Positions 50,116-58,595 of a DNA stretch of 64,000 nt are shown piece by piece (the first letter of the stretch is position 1; each line of letters begins with the position of its first letter). Where the stretch lies: NCBI GenBank assembly GCA_903855945.1, contig CAIOAK010000177.1, positions 86-64,085 on the forward strand. The letters are read 5' to 3'. The notes under the pieces were generated by a model that was not told the origin of the DNA, ran no database searches, and saw only the letters and a list, made by a program, of their open reading frames with translations. The position numbers and the translations under genes were made by a program. Origin of the DNA: an uncultured Anaeromyxobacter sp. GTDB taxonomy: Bacteria; Myxococcota; Myxococcia; Myxococcales; Anaeromyxobacteraceae.

Positions 50116-52605
50116 ATGCCGTCGATGCCCATGCCAGCCGAGACCCGACGACTTCCACGGAATCTCGAGATGCTGGCGCGAGCCGCCGCCGAGACCTCGG
50201 CGTTCCTCGGGCTCGCCATCCTCCTGGGATGGGCGCTCGACCTGCCGCTCCTGCGCACCGGGATTCCGGGCGGCCTCTCGGTGAAGGTCAACTCGGCGCT
50301 CGGGTTCCTGGCGGCCGGGCTGGCCGCGCGGACGCTCGCGTCGCGCCGTTCCGGGCCACGCGGCCGGCGCGTGGCGCGGGTCGTCGGGGCGCTGGTGGCG
50401 ACGGTGGGATTCCTCACCCTGCTGCAGTACGCCACCCGGGTCAGCCTGGGAATCGACCAGGCCCTCTTCCAGGACGTCGGCGCGACCGGTCACCCGGGTC
50501 GCATGGCGGCCAACTCGGCACTCGCCTTCCTGTTCATCGGTCTCGGGCTCGCGCTGCACGACGTCGAGACCGGATCCGGCACCCGTCCGACGCAGTTGCT
50601 GGCGCTGGCCGCCGCCCTGGTCCCCCTCCAGGCGATCATCGGCTACGCCTACGGAGTCGAGCCCATGGAGGGGCTGGCCGCCAACACCCGGGTTCCCTTC
50701 TACGCCGGGATCGGCTTCCTGCTCCTCGTGACCACGCTCCTCTTCGACCGTCCGCAGACCGGTGTCATGCGGGTATTCACCGCTCCGGGACTGGCCGGCT
50801 TCATGGCCCGCCGGCTCATCGGTGCGGTCTTCGTGATCCCCATCGGGCTCGGATGGTTCTTCCTCGTCGTGGGCCCGCGGTCCGGGCAGTACGAGGCGCT
50901 CCTGGGTGCCTCCTTCGTGGTGGTGAGCGCCGTGGTCGTGGCGGCGGCGGTGGTCTACTGGAACGCGCTGGCGCTCGGCGACATGGAGGCCGATCGGCTC
51001 CGGGCCGAGGAGACGGAGCGGGAGCAGCGGGAGTGGCTCCGGACCACGCTGGCGTCGATCGACGATGCGGTGGTCGCCACCGACGTGAGGGGTGTGGTGA
51101 CCCTCGTGAACGGGGCGGCGGAGAAGCTGCTCGCGGTGGGTCCCGACGCGGTGGGCCGGCCGCTCGCGGAACTGTTCCGCGCCGTGGACGCGGCAGGCCA
51201 GCCGGTCCGGGATCCGGTGACCGCGGCGCTCGCCCGGGGGAGTCGAGTCCCGCTCGGGGACGGCATCTCGCTCCTCGCTCCGGGAGGACGCGAGTACTCC
51301 ATCGAGGGCTCCTCGGCTCCCATCCGTGCCGAAGGCGGCAAGGCGCAGGGGGTTGCGCTCGTCTTCGCCGACCGGACCGAGGCGCGGCGAAGCGAGGCGG
51401 AGCGGGCCGCCCTGCTGCAGCGCGAACAGGAGGCGCGGGCCGAAGCCGAACGTTCGAGCCGGGCGAAGGACGAGTTCATCGCAACCGTTTCTCATGAACT
51501 CCGCACGCCGCTCAACGCGGTGCTGGGCTGGTCCCGGCTGCTCCGCTCCGGACGGCTCGACCCGGCGTCCACCGAGCGGGCCATGGAGGCGATCGAGCGG
51601 AGTGCCACCACGCAGGCCCAGATCGTCGACGATCTCCTCGACGTCGCGCGCATCGTCCGGGGCAGGCTGCGGCTGGACGTCCGGGACACCGATCTGGGCG
51701 CCGCGGTGGAGGCGGCCGCCGACACGGTCCGGCCCGCGGCCGCAGCCAAGGGGATCGAGTTGCAGCTCGACCTCGAGCCCGGCGCGGGTGCGGTCCGCGG
51801 CGATCCGGCCCGGCTCCAGCAGGTGGTCTGGAACCTGCTCGCGAACGCCATCAAGTTCACCACGTCCGGTGGGCGCGTCGAGGCGCGCCTCCGGCGATGG
51901 CCGGATCTGGTTCGTCTCGAGGTGCAGGACGACGGCACCGGGATCGAGGCCGATTTCCTGGCGCACGTCTTCGAGCGATTCCGGCAGGCCGACTCGAGTC
52001 CGACGCGGGCGCACGGAGGACTCGGCATCGGGCTCGCCATCGTCCGACATCTCGTGGAGGCGCACGGGGGCAGCGTGAGCGCCGCGAGCGCCGGGCGGAA
52101 CCGGGGCGCGACCTTCACCGTCGATCTTCCGGTTCCCGCCGACGCCGGCCTTCCGATCCGGCGTTCGTCTCCGGGCTGGGGACAGCCCCGTCCCTGGCAC
52201 GCGCCCGGCGAGGTGCCGAGCCTGGCGGGGCTCCACGTGCTCGTGGTGGACGACGATGCGGACACGCTGGACGCGGTTCGCCACATCCTGGAACAGTCTG
52301 GCGCCCAGGTCTCCACGGCCGGGTCGGCCGCAGCCGCCTTCGAGTCCCTCGCGGCGCGGCCGCCCGACGTCCTGCTCTCCGACATCGGCATGCCCGGGGA
52401 GGACGGCATGTCGCTCATCCGGAGGATCCGTGCCCTCGAGCCGGGGCGCGGCGGCGACGTGCAGGCCGCGGCGGTCACCGCCTACACGCAGCCGGCCGAC
52501 CGGGAGCGGGCGCTCGCATCGGGATTCCAGGCCTTCCTGACGAAGCCGGTCGATCCGTGGGAGTTGACGGCCGTCGTGGCCCGGCTGGCCGGGCGGGCTG
52601 GATAG
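50116..52605 (+). CDS. Hybrid sensor histidine kinase/response regulator with an N-terminal multi-TM sensor region and PAS
   Basis: About 7 hydrophobic segments, a PAS-like region (SIDDAVVATD...), H-box SHELRTPLNAV, HATPase N/G boxes and a C-terminal REC domain (LVVDDDADT...SDIGMPGEDG...TKP). Confidence 0.9.
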   Translation: MPSMPMPAETRRLPRNLEMLARAAAETSAFLGLAILLGWALDLPLLRTGIPGGLSVKVNSALGFLAAGLAARTLASRRSGPRGRRVARVVGALVATVGFLTLLQYATRVSLGIDQALFQDVGATGHPGRMAANSALAFLFIGLGLALHDVETGSGTRPTQLLALAAALVPLQAIIGYAYGVEPMEGLAANTRVPFYAGIGFLLLVTTLLFDRPQTGVMRVFTAPGLAGFMARRLIGAVFVIPIGLGWFFLVVGPRSGQYEALLGASFVVVSAVVVAAAVVYWNALALGDMEADRLRAEETEREQREWLRTTLASIDDAVVATDVRGVVTLVNGAAEKLLAVGPDAVGRPLAELFRAVDAAGQPVRDPVTAALARGSRVPLGDGISLLAPGGREYSIEGSSAPIRAEGGKAQGVALVFADRTEARRSEAERAALLQREQEARAEAERSSRAKDEFIATVSHELRTPLNAVLGWSRLLRSGRLDPASTERAMEAIERSATTQAQIVDDLLDVARIVRGRLRLDVRDTDLGAAVEAAADTVRPAAAAKGIELQLDLEPGAGAVRGDPARLQQVVWNLLANAIKFTTSGGRVEARLRRWPDLVRLEVQDDGTGIEADFLAHVFERFRQADSSPTRAHGGLGIGLAIVRHLVEAHGGSVSAASAGRNRGATFTVDLPVPADAGLPIRRSSPGWGQPRPWHAPGEVPSLAGLHVLVVDDDADTLDAVRHILEQSGAQVSTAGSAAAAFESLAARPPDVLLSDIGMPGEDGMSLIRRIRALEPGRGGDVQAAAVTAYTQPADRERALASGFQAFLTKPVDPWELTAVVARLAGRAG

Positions 52606-52618
52606 GGCTGGATAGGGC
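52595..52618 (+). repeat. 10-bp tandem duplication spanning the kinase stop codon
   Basis: GGGCTGGATA occurs at 52595-52604 and 52605-52614, followed by a partial GGGC. The stop TAG is at 52603-52605. Confidence 0.8.
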
Positions 52619-52666
52619 GTTCCCGGGCCGGCCGGCTCGGGTTCGCCGTGCTATCTTCCCCGCCCC

Positions 52667-53689
52667 ATGTCCTTCGCGGAGATCATCGGCCAGGAACGGG
52701 CCGTCGATGCCCTGCGCGCGGCCCTGCGCCGCGGGGCGCTCCACCACGCCTACCTGCTCTCCGGCCCGGAGGGTGTGGGGAAGGGGTTGACCGCCCGGCT
52801 GCTCGCCCAGGCGGCCAACTGCGAGCGGGACGACGGGGATGCGTGCGGGGCGTGCGCCTCCTGCCGCAAGATCGCCCGGGGCGTCCACCCCGATGTGATC
52901 ATCGTCGAGCGGGAGCGGGACATGGCCCGCGCTGGCCGGTGGGAGCCGAAGGGCGGCAGGACCCCCTCGCGCGACATCGTGGTCGACCAGATCCGTGAAC
53001 TCGTCGACCGGCGACTCTCCCTGCGCCGGTTCGAGGGAAGGCGAAGGTTCGTCATCCTCGACCCGGCCGACGCCATGAATCCCCAGGCCCAGAACGCCAT
53101 CCTGAAGACCCTCGAGGAGCCGCCGCCCGACACCACGCTGGTCCTCGTCTCCTCGTCTGCGGACGGCCTGCTCCCCACGGTCCGGTCCCGGTGCCTGCGC
53201 CTCCCCTTCGGGCCGCTGCCCGACGCCCTCCTCGCGGAGCGGCTCGCCGCGGAGGGGCGCGCGCCGGACGTCGCGCGACTCGCCACGACGCTCGCCGCCG
53301 GTTCGCTCGGCAAGGCGCTGGCCCTCGACGAGGAGGCCATCGCGGCACGGCGAGCGGCTGTCGAGGAGGCGGCCGCGCTTCCCCCGGACGATGCGCGCCC
53401 CTGGATCGCCTTCGCAGGCAGGCACGGTGCGAAGCGGGAGCGAGCGCGCGAGGTGTGCGAACTGCTCCTGGTGTGGCTCCGCGACGTCCTCGTCGTGGCC
53501 ACGGTCGGGGAGGGTGTCCCCCTCGCGCTCGAGGATCTCGGCGAGGCCACGGTCCGCGCCGCACGGCTCGGCCCCGAGGTTGCGCTCCGTCGCATCGATT
53601 CGGTGCGCCGGGCGATCCTCGCGCTCCGGCACAACGCCAGCGGGCCGCTCGCGCTCGAGCACATGTTCATCGGGTGGTTCCATGGCTAA
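52667..53689 (+). CDS. holB: DNA polymerase III subunit delta'
   Basis: HAYLLSGPEGVGKG P-loop-like motif. Zinc module CGACASCRKI. NAILKTLEEPP and SRC motifs. Confidence 0.92.
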   Translation: MSFAEIIGQERAVDALRAALRRGALHHAYLLSGPEGVGKGLTARLLAQAANCERDDGDACGACASCRKIARGVHPDVIIVERERDMARAGRWEPKGGRTPSRDIVVDQIRELVDRRLSLRRFEGRRRFVILDPADAMNPQAQNAILKTLEEPPPDTTLVLVSSSADGLLPTVRSRCLRLPFGPLPDALLAERLAAEGRAPDVARLATTLAAGSLGKALALDEEAIAARRAAVEEAAALPPDDARPWIAFAGRHGAKRERAREVCELLLVWLRDVLVVATVGEGVPLALEDLGEATVRAARLGPEVALRRIDSVRRAILALRHNASGPLALEHMFIGWFHG

Positions 53690-55076
53690 GCCCGGTGCAA
53701 CCGGCGGGCGTCGCCCCGCGGCAGCGAAGGCCCCGGCGCTCGACCTGGACGGCGCCCTCTCGGCCATCCGCGACGGAAAGCCGGCGCAGGTCTACCTGCT
53801 CGACGGCGATCCCTTCCTGACGCTCCGGGGAGCCCGGAGCATCGCCCACGCGCTCGTCCCGGAGGAACGTCGCCCCCTGAATCTCGTGGAGACCGATCCG
53901 GCCGTCGGCCCGGGCGAGCTGGCCACGGAGCTGGGCACGGGTGGGCTGTTCGGCGGGGAGAAGGTGGTGCTGGCCGTCGAACCGGCCTTCCTCCAGTCGA
54001 AGGAGGACCTGGGGGGCGCGTTCGCCAAGGCGAGCGACATGTGGCGCGAGGGTCGGCAGCGCGAGGCGGCCCGACGGCTCGTCGCGCTCGCGGCCCGGCT
54101 GGGGTGGTCCACCGCCGACCTCTCCGGAGACGCGCCGCCGCGACCCGAGGAGTGGGAGGAGAAGCTCCAGTCCGACGAGGGACTCCGCCCCGAGGACGGG
54201 GTCTTCCTGGTCGAGGCCGGGCGGTACGCCGGGGAGCGGAATCTCCAGGCGGCCAAGGACGACGTCTCCGCGCTCGAGGGGCTTCTCGAGCGAGGTCTTC
54301 CGCGGGGACACGTGCTCGTGATCGCCGCCGGGAAGGTGGACGGCCGCTTGCCGCTGGTGAAGCGGCTCGCCAGCGCCGGCTGCCGCATCCCGCTCGCCGT
54401 GCAGACCGAGGGGACCTGGGACGCGCAGCGTCTGGTCCTCGCGCCGCTCCTCGCCGAGCTGCTCGCGGGGACCGGGAAGAGCGTGGACGCAGGTGGGGAG
54501 GAGCGGCTCGCCGCGCTCGTCGGGGACGATGCCCGGGCGCTCGCTGCCGAGGTGGCGAAGCTCGTCACCTTCGTGGGCGATCGAAAGGTGATCCGGGGCG
54601 AGGACGTCGACCAGCTCGTGGTCCGGACCACCGCCGACCCGTTCTTCGCCCTCGGCAACGCGGTCGAGTCCCGCGACCTCCCGGGTGCGCTGGGCGTCCT
54701 GCGCCGCAGCCTCGCCGATGGCGCGAGCCCCCACATGCTCGTCGGGTCGCTCGCCGGAGCGGTGCGCAGGATGCTGGTGGAGCGGGAGCGGGGGCGTGCC
54801 GCCGCGGGCGCACGCCGGATCGCATCGTTCAGCGACTGGAGCGCCGCCGTGCTCCCCACCATCGACCCGGGCGAGCTCCGGGACCGGAAGCCCTACGGGC
54901 TCTGGATGAAGTACCAGGCCTCCCTCCGCTTCGGCCGGGAGGAGCTGCTCGCGGCGCTCGCGGCGCTCGCGGAGGCCGACCATTCCATGAAGACCGGGTC
55001 CGATGGCGCGGTACTCGTCGAGCGCTGGCTCGTCGGGACGCTTCGCACGCCGGACCGCGAGAGGAGGACAGCGTGA
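53682..55076 (+). CDS. holA: DNA polymerase III subunit delta (long form)
   Basis: ATG 53682 overlaps the holB end. VYLLDGDPFL N-terminal motif. The C-terminal helical domain ends ...LAEADHSMKTG. An insertion of about 80 aa is apparent in domain I. Confidence 0.8.
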   Translation: MAKPGATGGRRPAAAKAPALDLDGALSAIRDGKPAQVYLLDGDPFLTLRGARSIAHALVPEERRPLNLVETDPAVGPGELATELGTGGLFGGEKVVLAVEPAFLQSKEDLGGAFAKASDMWREGRQREAARRLVALAARLGWSTADLSGDAPPRPEEWEEKLQSDEGLRPEDGVFLVEAGRYAGERNLQAAKDDVSALEGLLERGLPRGHVLVIAAGKVDGRLPLVKRLASAGCRIPLAVQTEGTWDAQRLVLAPLLAELLAGTGKSVDAGGEERLAALVGDDARALAAEVAKLVTFVGDRKVIRGEDVDQLVVRTTADPFFALGNAVESRDLPGALGVLRRSLADGASPHMLVGSLAGAVRRMLVERERGRAAAGARRIASFSDWSAAVLPTIDPGELRDRKPYGLWMKYQASLRFGREELLAALAALAEADHSMKTGSDGAVLVERWLVGTLRTPDRERRTA

Positions 55077-57082
55077 GTGAGAAGCTGCTCGTCACGAGCG
55101 CCCTGCCGTACGCCAACGGCTCGATCCATCTCGGCCACCTGGTCGAGTACATCCAGACCGACATCTACGTGCGCTACCGGAGGTCGATCGGCGACGACGT
55201 GACCTACGTCTGCGCAGCCGACTCGCACGGCACGCCCATCGAGGTGAACGCGGGCAAGGCCGGGGTCACCCCCCGGGAGTTCGTCGAGCGCTACCGGACC
55301 GAGCAGCACGCCGACTTCCAGCGTTTCGGGGTCGACTTCTCCACCTATTACACCACCGACTCGGAGGAGAACCGGAAGTGGGCCTGGCGCATCTGGGACG
55401 CGCTCAAGGCCCGCGGGCTCATCTACAAGAAGTCGGTCGAGCAGCTCTACTGCGAGAAGGACGCCCGGTTCCTCCCCGACCGTTTCGTGAAGGGGACCTG
55501 TCCGCGTTGCGGGACGCCCGAGCAGTACGGCGACGTCTGCGAGAAGTGCGGGACGACGTACGACCCGAGGGAGCTCAAGGATCCCCGCTGCGCGCTCTGC
55601 GCATCGTCGCCGGTGGTCCGGAAGAGCGACCACGCCTACGTGGACTTGAAGAAGGTCGAGCCCGCCATCCGGGCCTGGGTGGAGGGGGAGGGGCACCTCG
55701 ACGCGGCGGTCCGAGAGCAGGTGAAGGGCTGGCTCGACGACCTGCAGGACTGGTGCATCACGCGCGATGCTCCGTACTTCGGGTTCCCGGTGAAGGACCC
55801 CGACTTCCCGGGCAAGTTCATCTACGTCTGGCTCGACGCCCCCATCGGCTACCTCTCGTCGGCCGAGCACTTCTTCGCGAGCGAGGCTCCGGCGGGGGAA
55901 CGGCTCGCGCCCTCGGCCTTCGAGGCCACCTACCTCGCCCCGGGCTCGCCCTCGCGTCTCGAGCACTTCATCGGCAAGGACATCCTCCGCTTCCACGCGG
56001 TCTTCTGGCCGGCGATGCTGGGGGCGGCCGATCTGAAGCTCCCGGAGCGGCTGGCGGTCCACGGTCACCTGACCGTGAACGGCGAGAAGATGTCGAAGTC
56101 GCGCGGCACCTTCGTGACCGCCCGGACCTACCTCGACGCGGGTCTCGATCCGCAGCTCCTCCGCTACTACTACGCCGCCAACCTGGGGCCGGGTGTCTCG
56201 GACATCGACCTCTCGCTGGAGGAGTTCCGCAACCGCATCAACGCGGACCTGGCCAACAACGTGGCGAACCTGGCCTCGCGCGTGGCCGCTCTGGTGGAGC
56301 GAGCGGGCGGCGAGCTCGACGGGGAGCCGGAGAAGGGCATCGCGGACGTCACCCGGGAGGCGCTGCGGCTCGCGCTGCCGTCCTACCAGGCGCTCGAGTA
56401 CCGGGAGGTCGTCCGGCTCGTGAACCAGGTGGCGAACGCATGCAACAAGCGGCTCCAGGAGGGGAAGCCCTGGGAGGCGCCTGCGTCGGCGGAGTCACGT
56501 CGGTTGCTCGTCTCCTGCGCCCGTGCACTCCGCGCCATCTCGGTCATGCTCTGGCCGGTGATGCCGCTCTTCGCCGACGAGCTCTGCGCCGCCTTCGGCC
56601 AGACCCGCCCCGGCACCTGGACCGCCGGGTTCGATCCCTTCTCCGGTCCGCCGGTGGTGGCGCGGGCCAAGCCGCCCCAGATCGCCCGGCTCGACGCGAA
56701 GCAGGTGGCGAGGCTGGTGGCCGCACCGGAAGCCGCGCCCGCGCCCGTCCCTGCCACGGGCCTCATCGGCTTCGACGACTTCGCGAGGGTGGAGCTCCGG
56801 GTCGCGCTCATCCGCGCCGCGGTGCGGGTGCCCAAGGCCGACAAGCTGCTGCAGCTCACCGTCGATGTCGGGGAGCCCGCGCCGCGCACCATCGTGGCGG
56901 GGATCGCGGCCTCCTACCCGGAGCCCGAGTGGCTCGTGGGGAAGCGCGTCGTGGTGGTGGCGAACCTGGAGCCGCGCGCGCTGCGCGGCATCACCTCGCA
57001 GGGGATGCTGCTCGCGGCAGGGGATCCTCCGCGGATCCTCCAGGTGGACGACGGCATCGCACCGGGCACGCGGGTCAAGTGA
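55073..57082 (+). CDS. metG: Methionine--tRNA ligase with a C-terminal tRNA-binding (EMAP/Trbp111-like) domain
   Basis: The GTG overlaps the holA stop. ALPYANGSIHLGHL (HIGH) and KMSKSRG. Zinc knuckles CPRCG/CEKCG. C-terminal FARVELRVALI...KLLQLTVDVG. Confidence 0.96.
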   Translation: MSEKLLVTSALPYANGSIHLGHLVEYIQTDIYVRYRRSIGDDVTYVCAADSHGTPIEVNAGKAGVTPREFVERYRTEQHADFQRFGVDFSTYYTTDSEENRKWAWRIWDALKARGLIYKKSVEQLYCEKDARFLPDRFVKGTCPRCGTPEQYGDVCEKCGTTYDPRELKDPRCALCASSPVVRKSDHAYVDLKKVEPAIRAWVEGEGHLDAAVREQVKGWLDDLQDWCITRDAPYFGFPVKDPDFPGKFIYVWLDAPIGYLSSAEHFFASEAPAGERLAPSAFEATYLAPGSPSRLEHFIGKDILRFHAVFWPAMLGAADLKLPERLAVHGHLTVNGEKMSKSRGTFVTARTYLDAGLDPQLLRYYYAANLGPGVSDIDLSLEEFRNRINADLANNVANLASRVAALVERAGGELDGEPEKGIADVTREALRLALPSYQALEYREVVRLVNQVANACNKRLQEGKPWEAPASAESRRLLVSCARALRAISVMLWPVMPLFADELCAAFGQTRPGTWTAGFDPFSGPPVVARAKPPQIARLDAKQVARLVAAPEAAPAPVPATGLIGFDDFARVELRVALIRAAVRVPKADKLLQLTVDVGEPAPRTIVAGIAASYPEPEWLVGKRVVVVANLEPRALRGITSQGMLLAAGDPPRILQVDDGIAPGTRVK

Positions 57083-57858
57083 GCCTCGTCGACTCCCACG
57101 CGCACCTCGACTTCGAGGACTTCCAGGGGGACGTGGAGGGGGTGGTCGCCCGGGCCGCGGCCGCCGGGGTGGAGCGCATCGTGGTCGTGGGGCTCTGGCG
57201 CTCGGCCGGCAGCTTCGGCAACGCGGTGGAGCTGGCCCGGTCGCGACCCGGCGTGTTCGCCGCGACGGTGGGGGTTCACCCGCACGAGTGCGCCCGCGTA
57301 CCGGAGGAGGACTGGGAGGAGAGCGCGCGGCTGGCCTCCGACCCCGTCGTGGTCGGCGTGGGCGAGACCGGCCTCGACTACCACTACGACCTCTCGCCGC
57401 GCGAGGTTCAGCGGGAGAGCTTCCGGAGATCGCTCGCGCTGGCGCGCAAGGTCGGCAAGCCGGTCGTGGTCCACGTGCGCGAGGCCGACGCCGACTGCGC
57501 CGCCATCCTGACCTCGGAGGGTGTCCCGGACGCGGGCGGTGTCATCCACTGCTTCACGGGGGACCGGGATGCGGCGCGTGCCTACCTCGACCTCGGCCTG
57601 CACATCTCGGTGGCGGGCATCGTCACCTTCAAGACCGCCGAGGCGATCCGGGAGGCCGTGCGCTTCGTCCCCCGCGATCGGCTCCTCGTCGAGACCGACA
57701 GCCCCTTCCTCGCGCCGGTTCCGTTCCGGGGGAAGCGCAACGAGCCGGCCCACGTGGCGCTGGTGGCCGCGAAGGTGGCGGAGGTCTGGGGGACGACACC
57801 CGCCGAGGTGGCCGAGGTCACGACCGCGAATGCGAAGAGGTTCTTCCGGCTCGCCTGA
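57079..57858 (+). CDS. tatD: TatD-family metal-dependent hydrolase/DNase
   Basis: The GTG overlaps the metG stop. VDSHAHLDF, GETGLDYHY, VVHVREA and IHCFTG motifs. Confidence 0.92.
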   Translation: MSLVDSHAHLDFEDFQGDVEGVVARAAAAGVERIVVVGLWRSAGSFGNAVELARSRPGVFAATVGVHPHECARVPEEDWEESARLASDPVVVGVGETGLDYHYDLSPREVQRESFRRSLALARKVGKPVVVHVREADADCAAILTSEGVPDAGGVIHCFTGDRDAARAYLDLGLHISVAGIVTFKTAEAIREAVRFVPRDRLLVETDSPFLAPVPFRGKRNEPAHVALVAAKVAEVWGTTPAEVAEVTTANAKRFFRLA

Positions 57859-57869
57859 GCGAGCCGGCG

Positions 57870-58592
57870 TCAACCCTCCCAGCTCGTCCATTCGCTGGCC
57901 AGGTCGGCCTGGGCCTCGCGATTCCGCTCCTTCCAGCGCACCACCTGCCAGCCACGCTGCTCGGCCACGGCCCGGAATGGCTCCTTCGGGTTCACCACCA
58001 CCGGGTGTCCGACCGCCTCGAAGAGCGGGATGTCGGCCGGCGAGTCGGAGTAGAGCCAGCTCCGGGAGAGCGGGATCCCCTGGGAGGCCAGGGCGGCCGA
58101 GACCGCCTCCCGCTTGCCCTCCTGGAAGACGATGGGGGGGAGGATCTCGGAGGTGGACCTGCCATCCACGGCCCGGGTGCGTGTCCCGATGGCACCGTGG
58201 ACGCGGAGGTGACGGGCCACCTCGTCGACGATCGCCTGGGGGGAGCCGGAGGCGATGAGCACGTAGTGGCCGGAGAGCAGGTGCTTGCGGATCTGGCGCA
58301 CCGCCCCGGCCGTGATCCGCTTTCGGAGATGGCGCTCGAAGCAGGTCTGCGCGTGGGTCCGGATGTCGTCGATCCAGAGCCCCTCGTGGCACTGGGACCC
58401 GAGCTCGACCATGTCCTTCTCGCCCAGCCGCCGGCGCGCGAACTCGTAGACGAGCCGCGGGATCCGCGAACGGATCTCCGGGAGCATGATCTTCTCGCTG
58501 TAGAGGTACCAGCTGAAGATCGTGCCGGCGTTGCCGTCGAGGAGCGAGTCGTCGACGTCGAAGACCGCGGCGGTTCGGCCGAACGGGACCAC
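57870..58592 (-). CDS. HAD-IB family hydrolase
   Basis: Motif I AVFDVDDSLL, the SGSP core and the C-terminal YSDSPADIPL (motif IV). Confidence 0.85.
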   Translation of the reverse strand: MVPFGRTAAVFDVDDSLLDGNAGTIFSWYLYSEKIMLPEIRSRIPRLVYEFARRRLGEKDMVELGSQCHEGLWIDDIRTHAQTCFERHLRKRITAGAVRQIRKHLLSGHYVLIASGSPQAIVDEVARHLRVHGAIGTRTRAVDGRSTSEILPPIVFQEGKREAVSAALASQGIPLSRSWLYSDSPADIPLFEAVGHPVVVNPKEPFRAVAEQRGWQVVRWKERNREAQADLASEWTSWEG

Positions 58593-58595
58593 GGG

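Noticed and set aside
44602-52284. 2560-aa ORF on the minus strand
   Set aside because: It is antisense to the second lipoprotein gene, polA and the hybrid kinase, all of which carry clear motifs on the plus strand. It has the same low-complexity Arg/Gly/Pro/His composition, so it is a shadow ORF.
54041-55072. Upstream part of the 1013-aa ORF containing metG (and similarly 55378-57078 for tatD, 53391-53681 for holA, 38575-39276 for recO)
   Set aside because: The extensions overlap the preceding genes out of frame and are Arg/Gly/Pro-rich. The conserved N-termini start at the overlapping GTG/ATG codons listed in the features.
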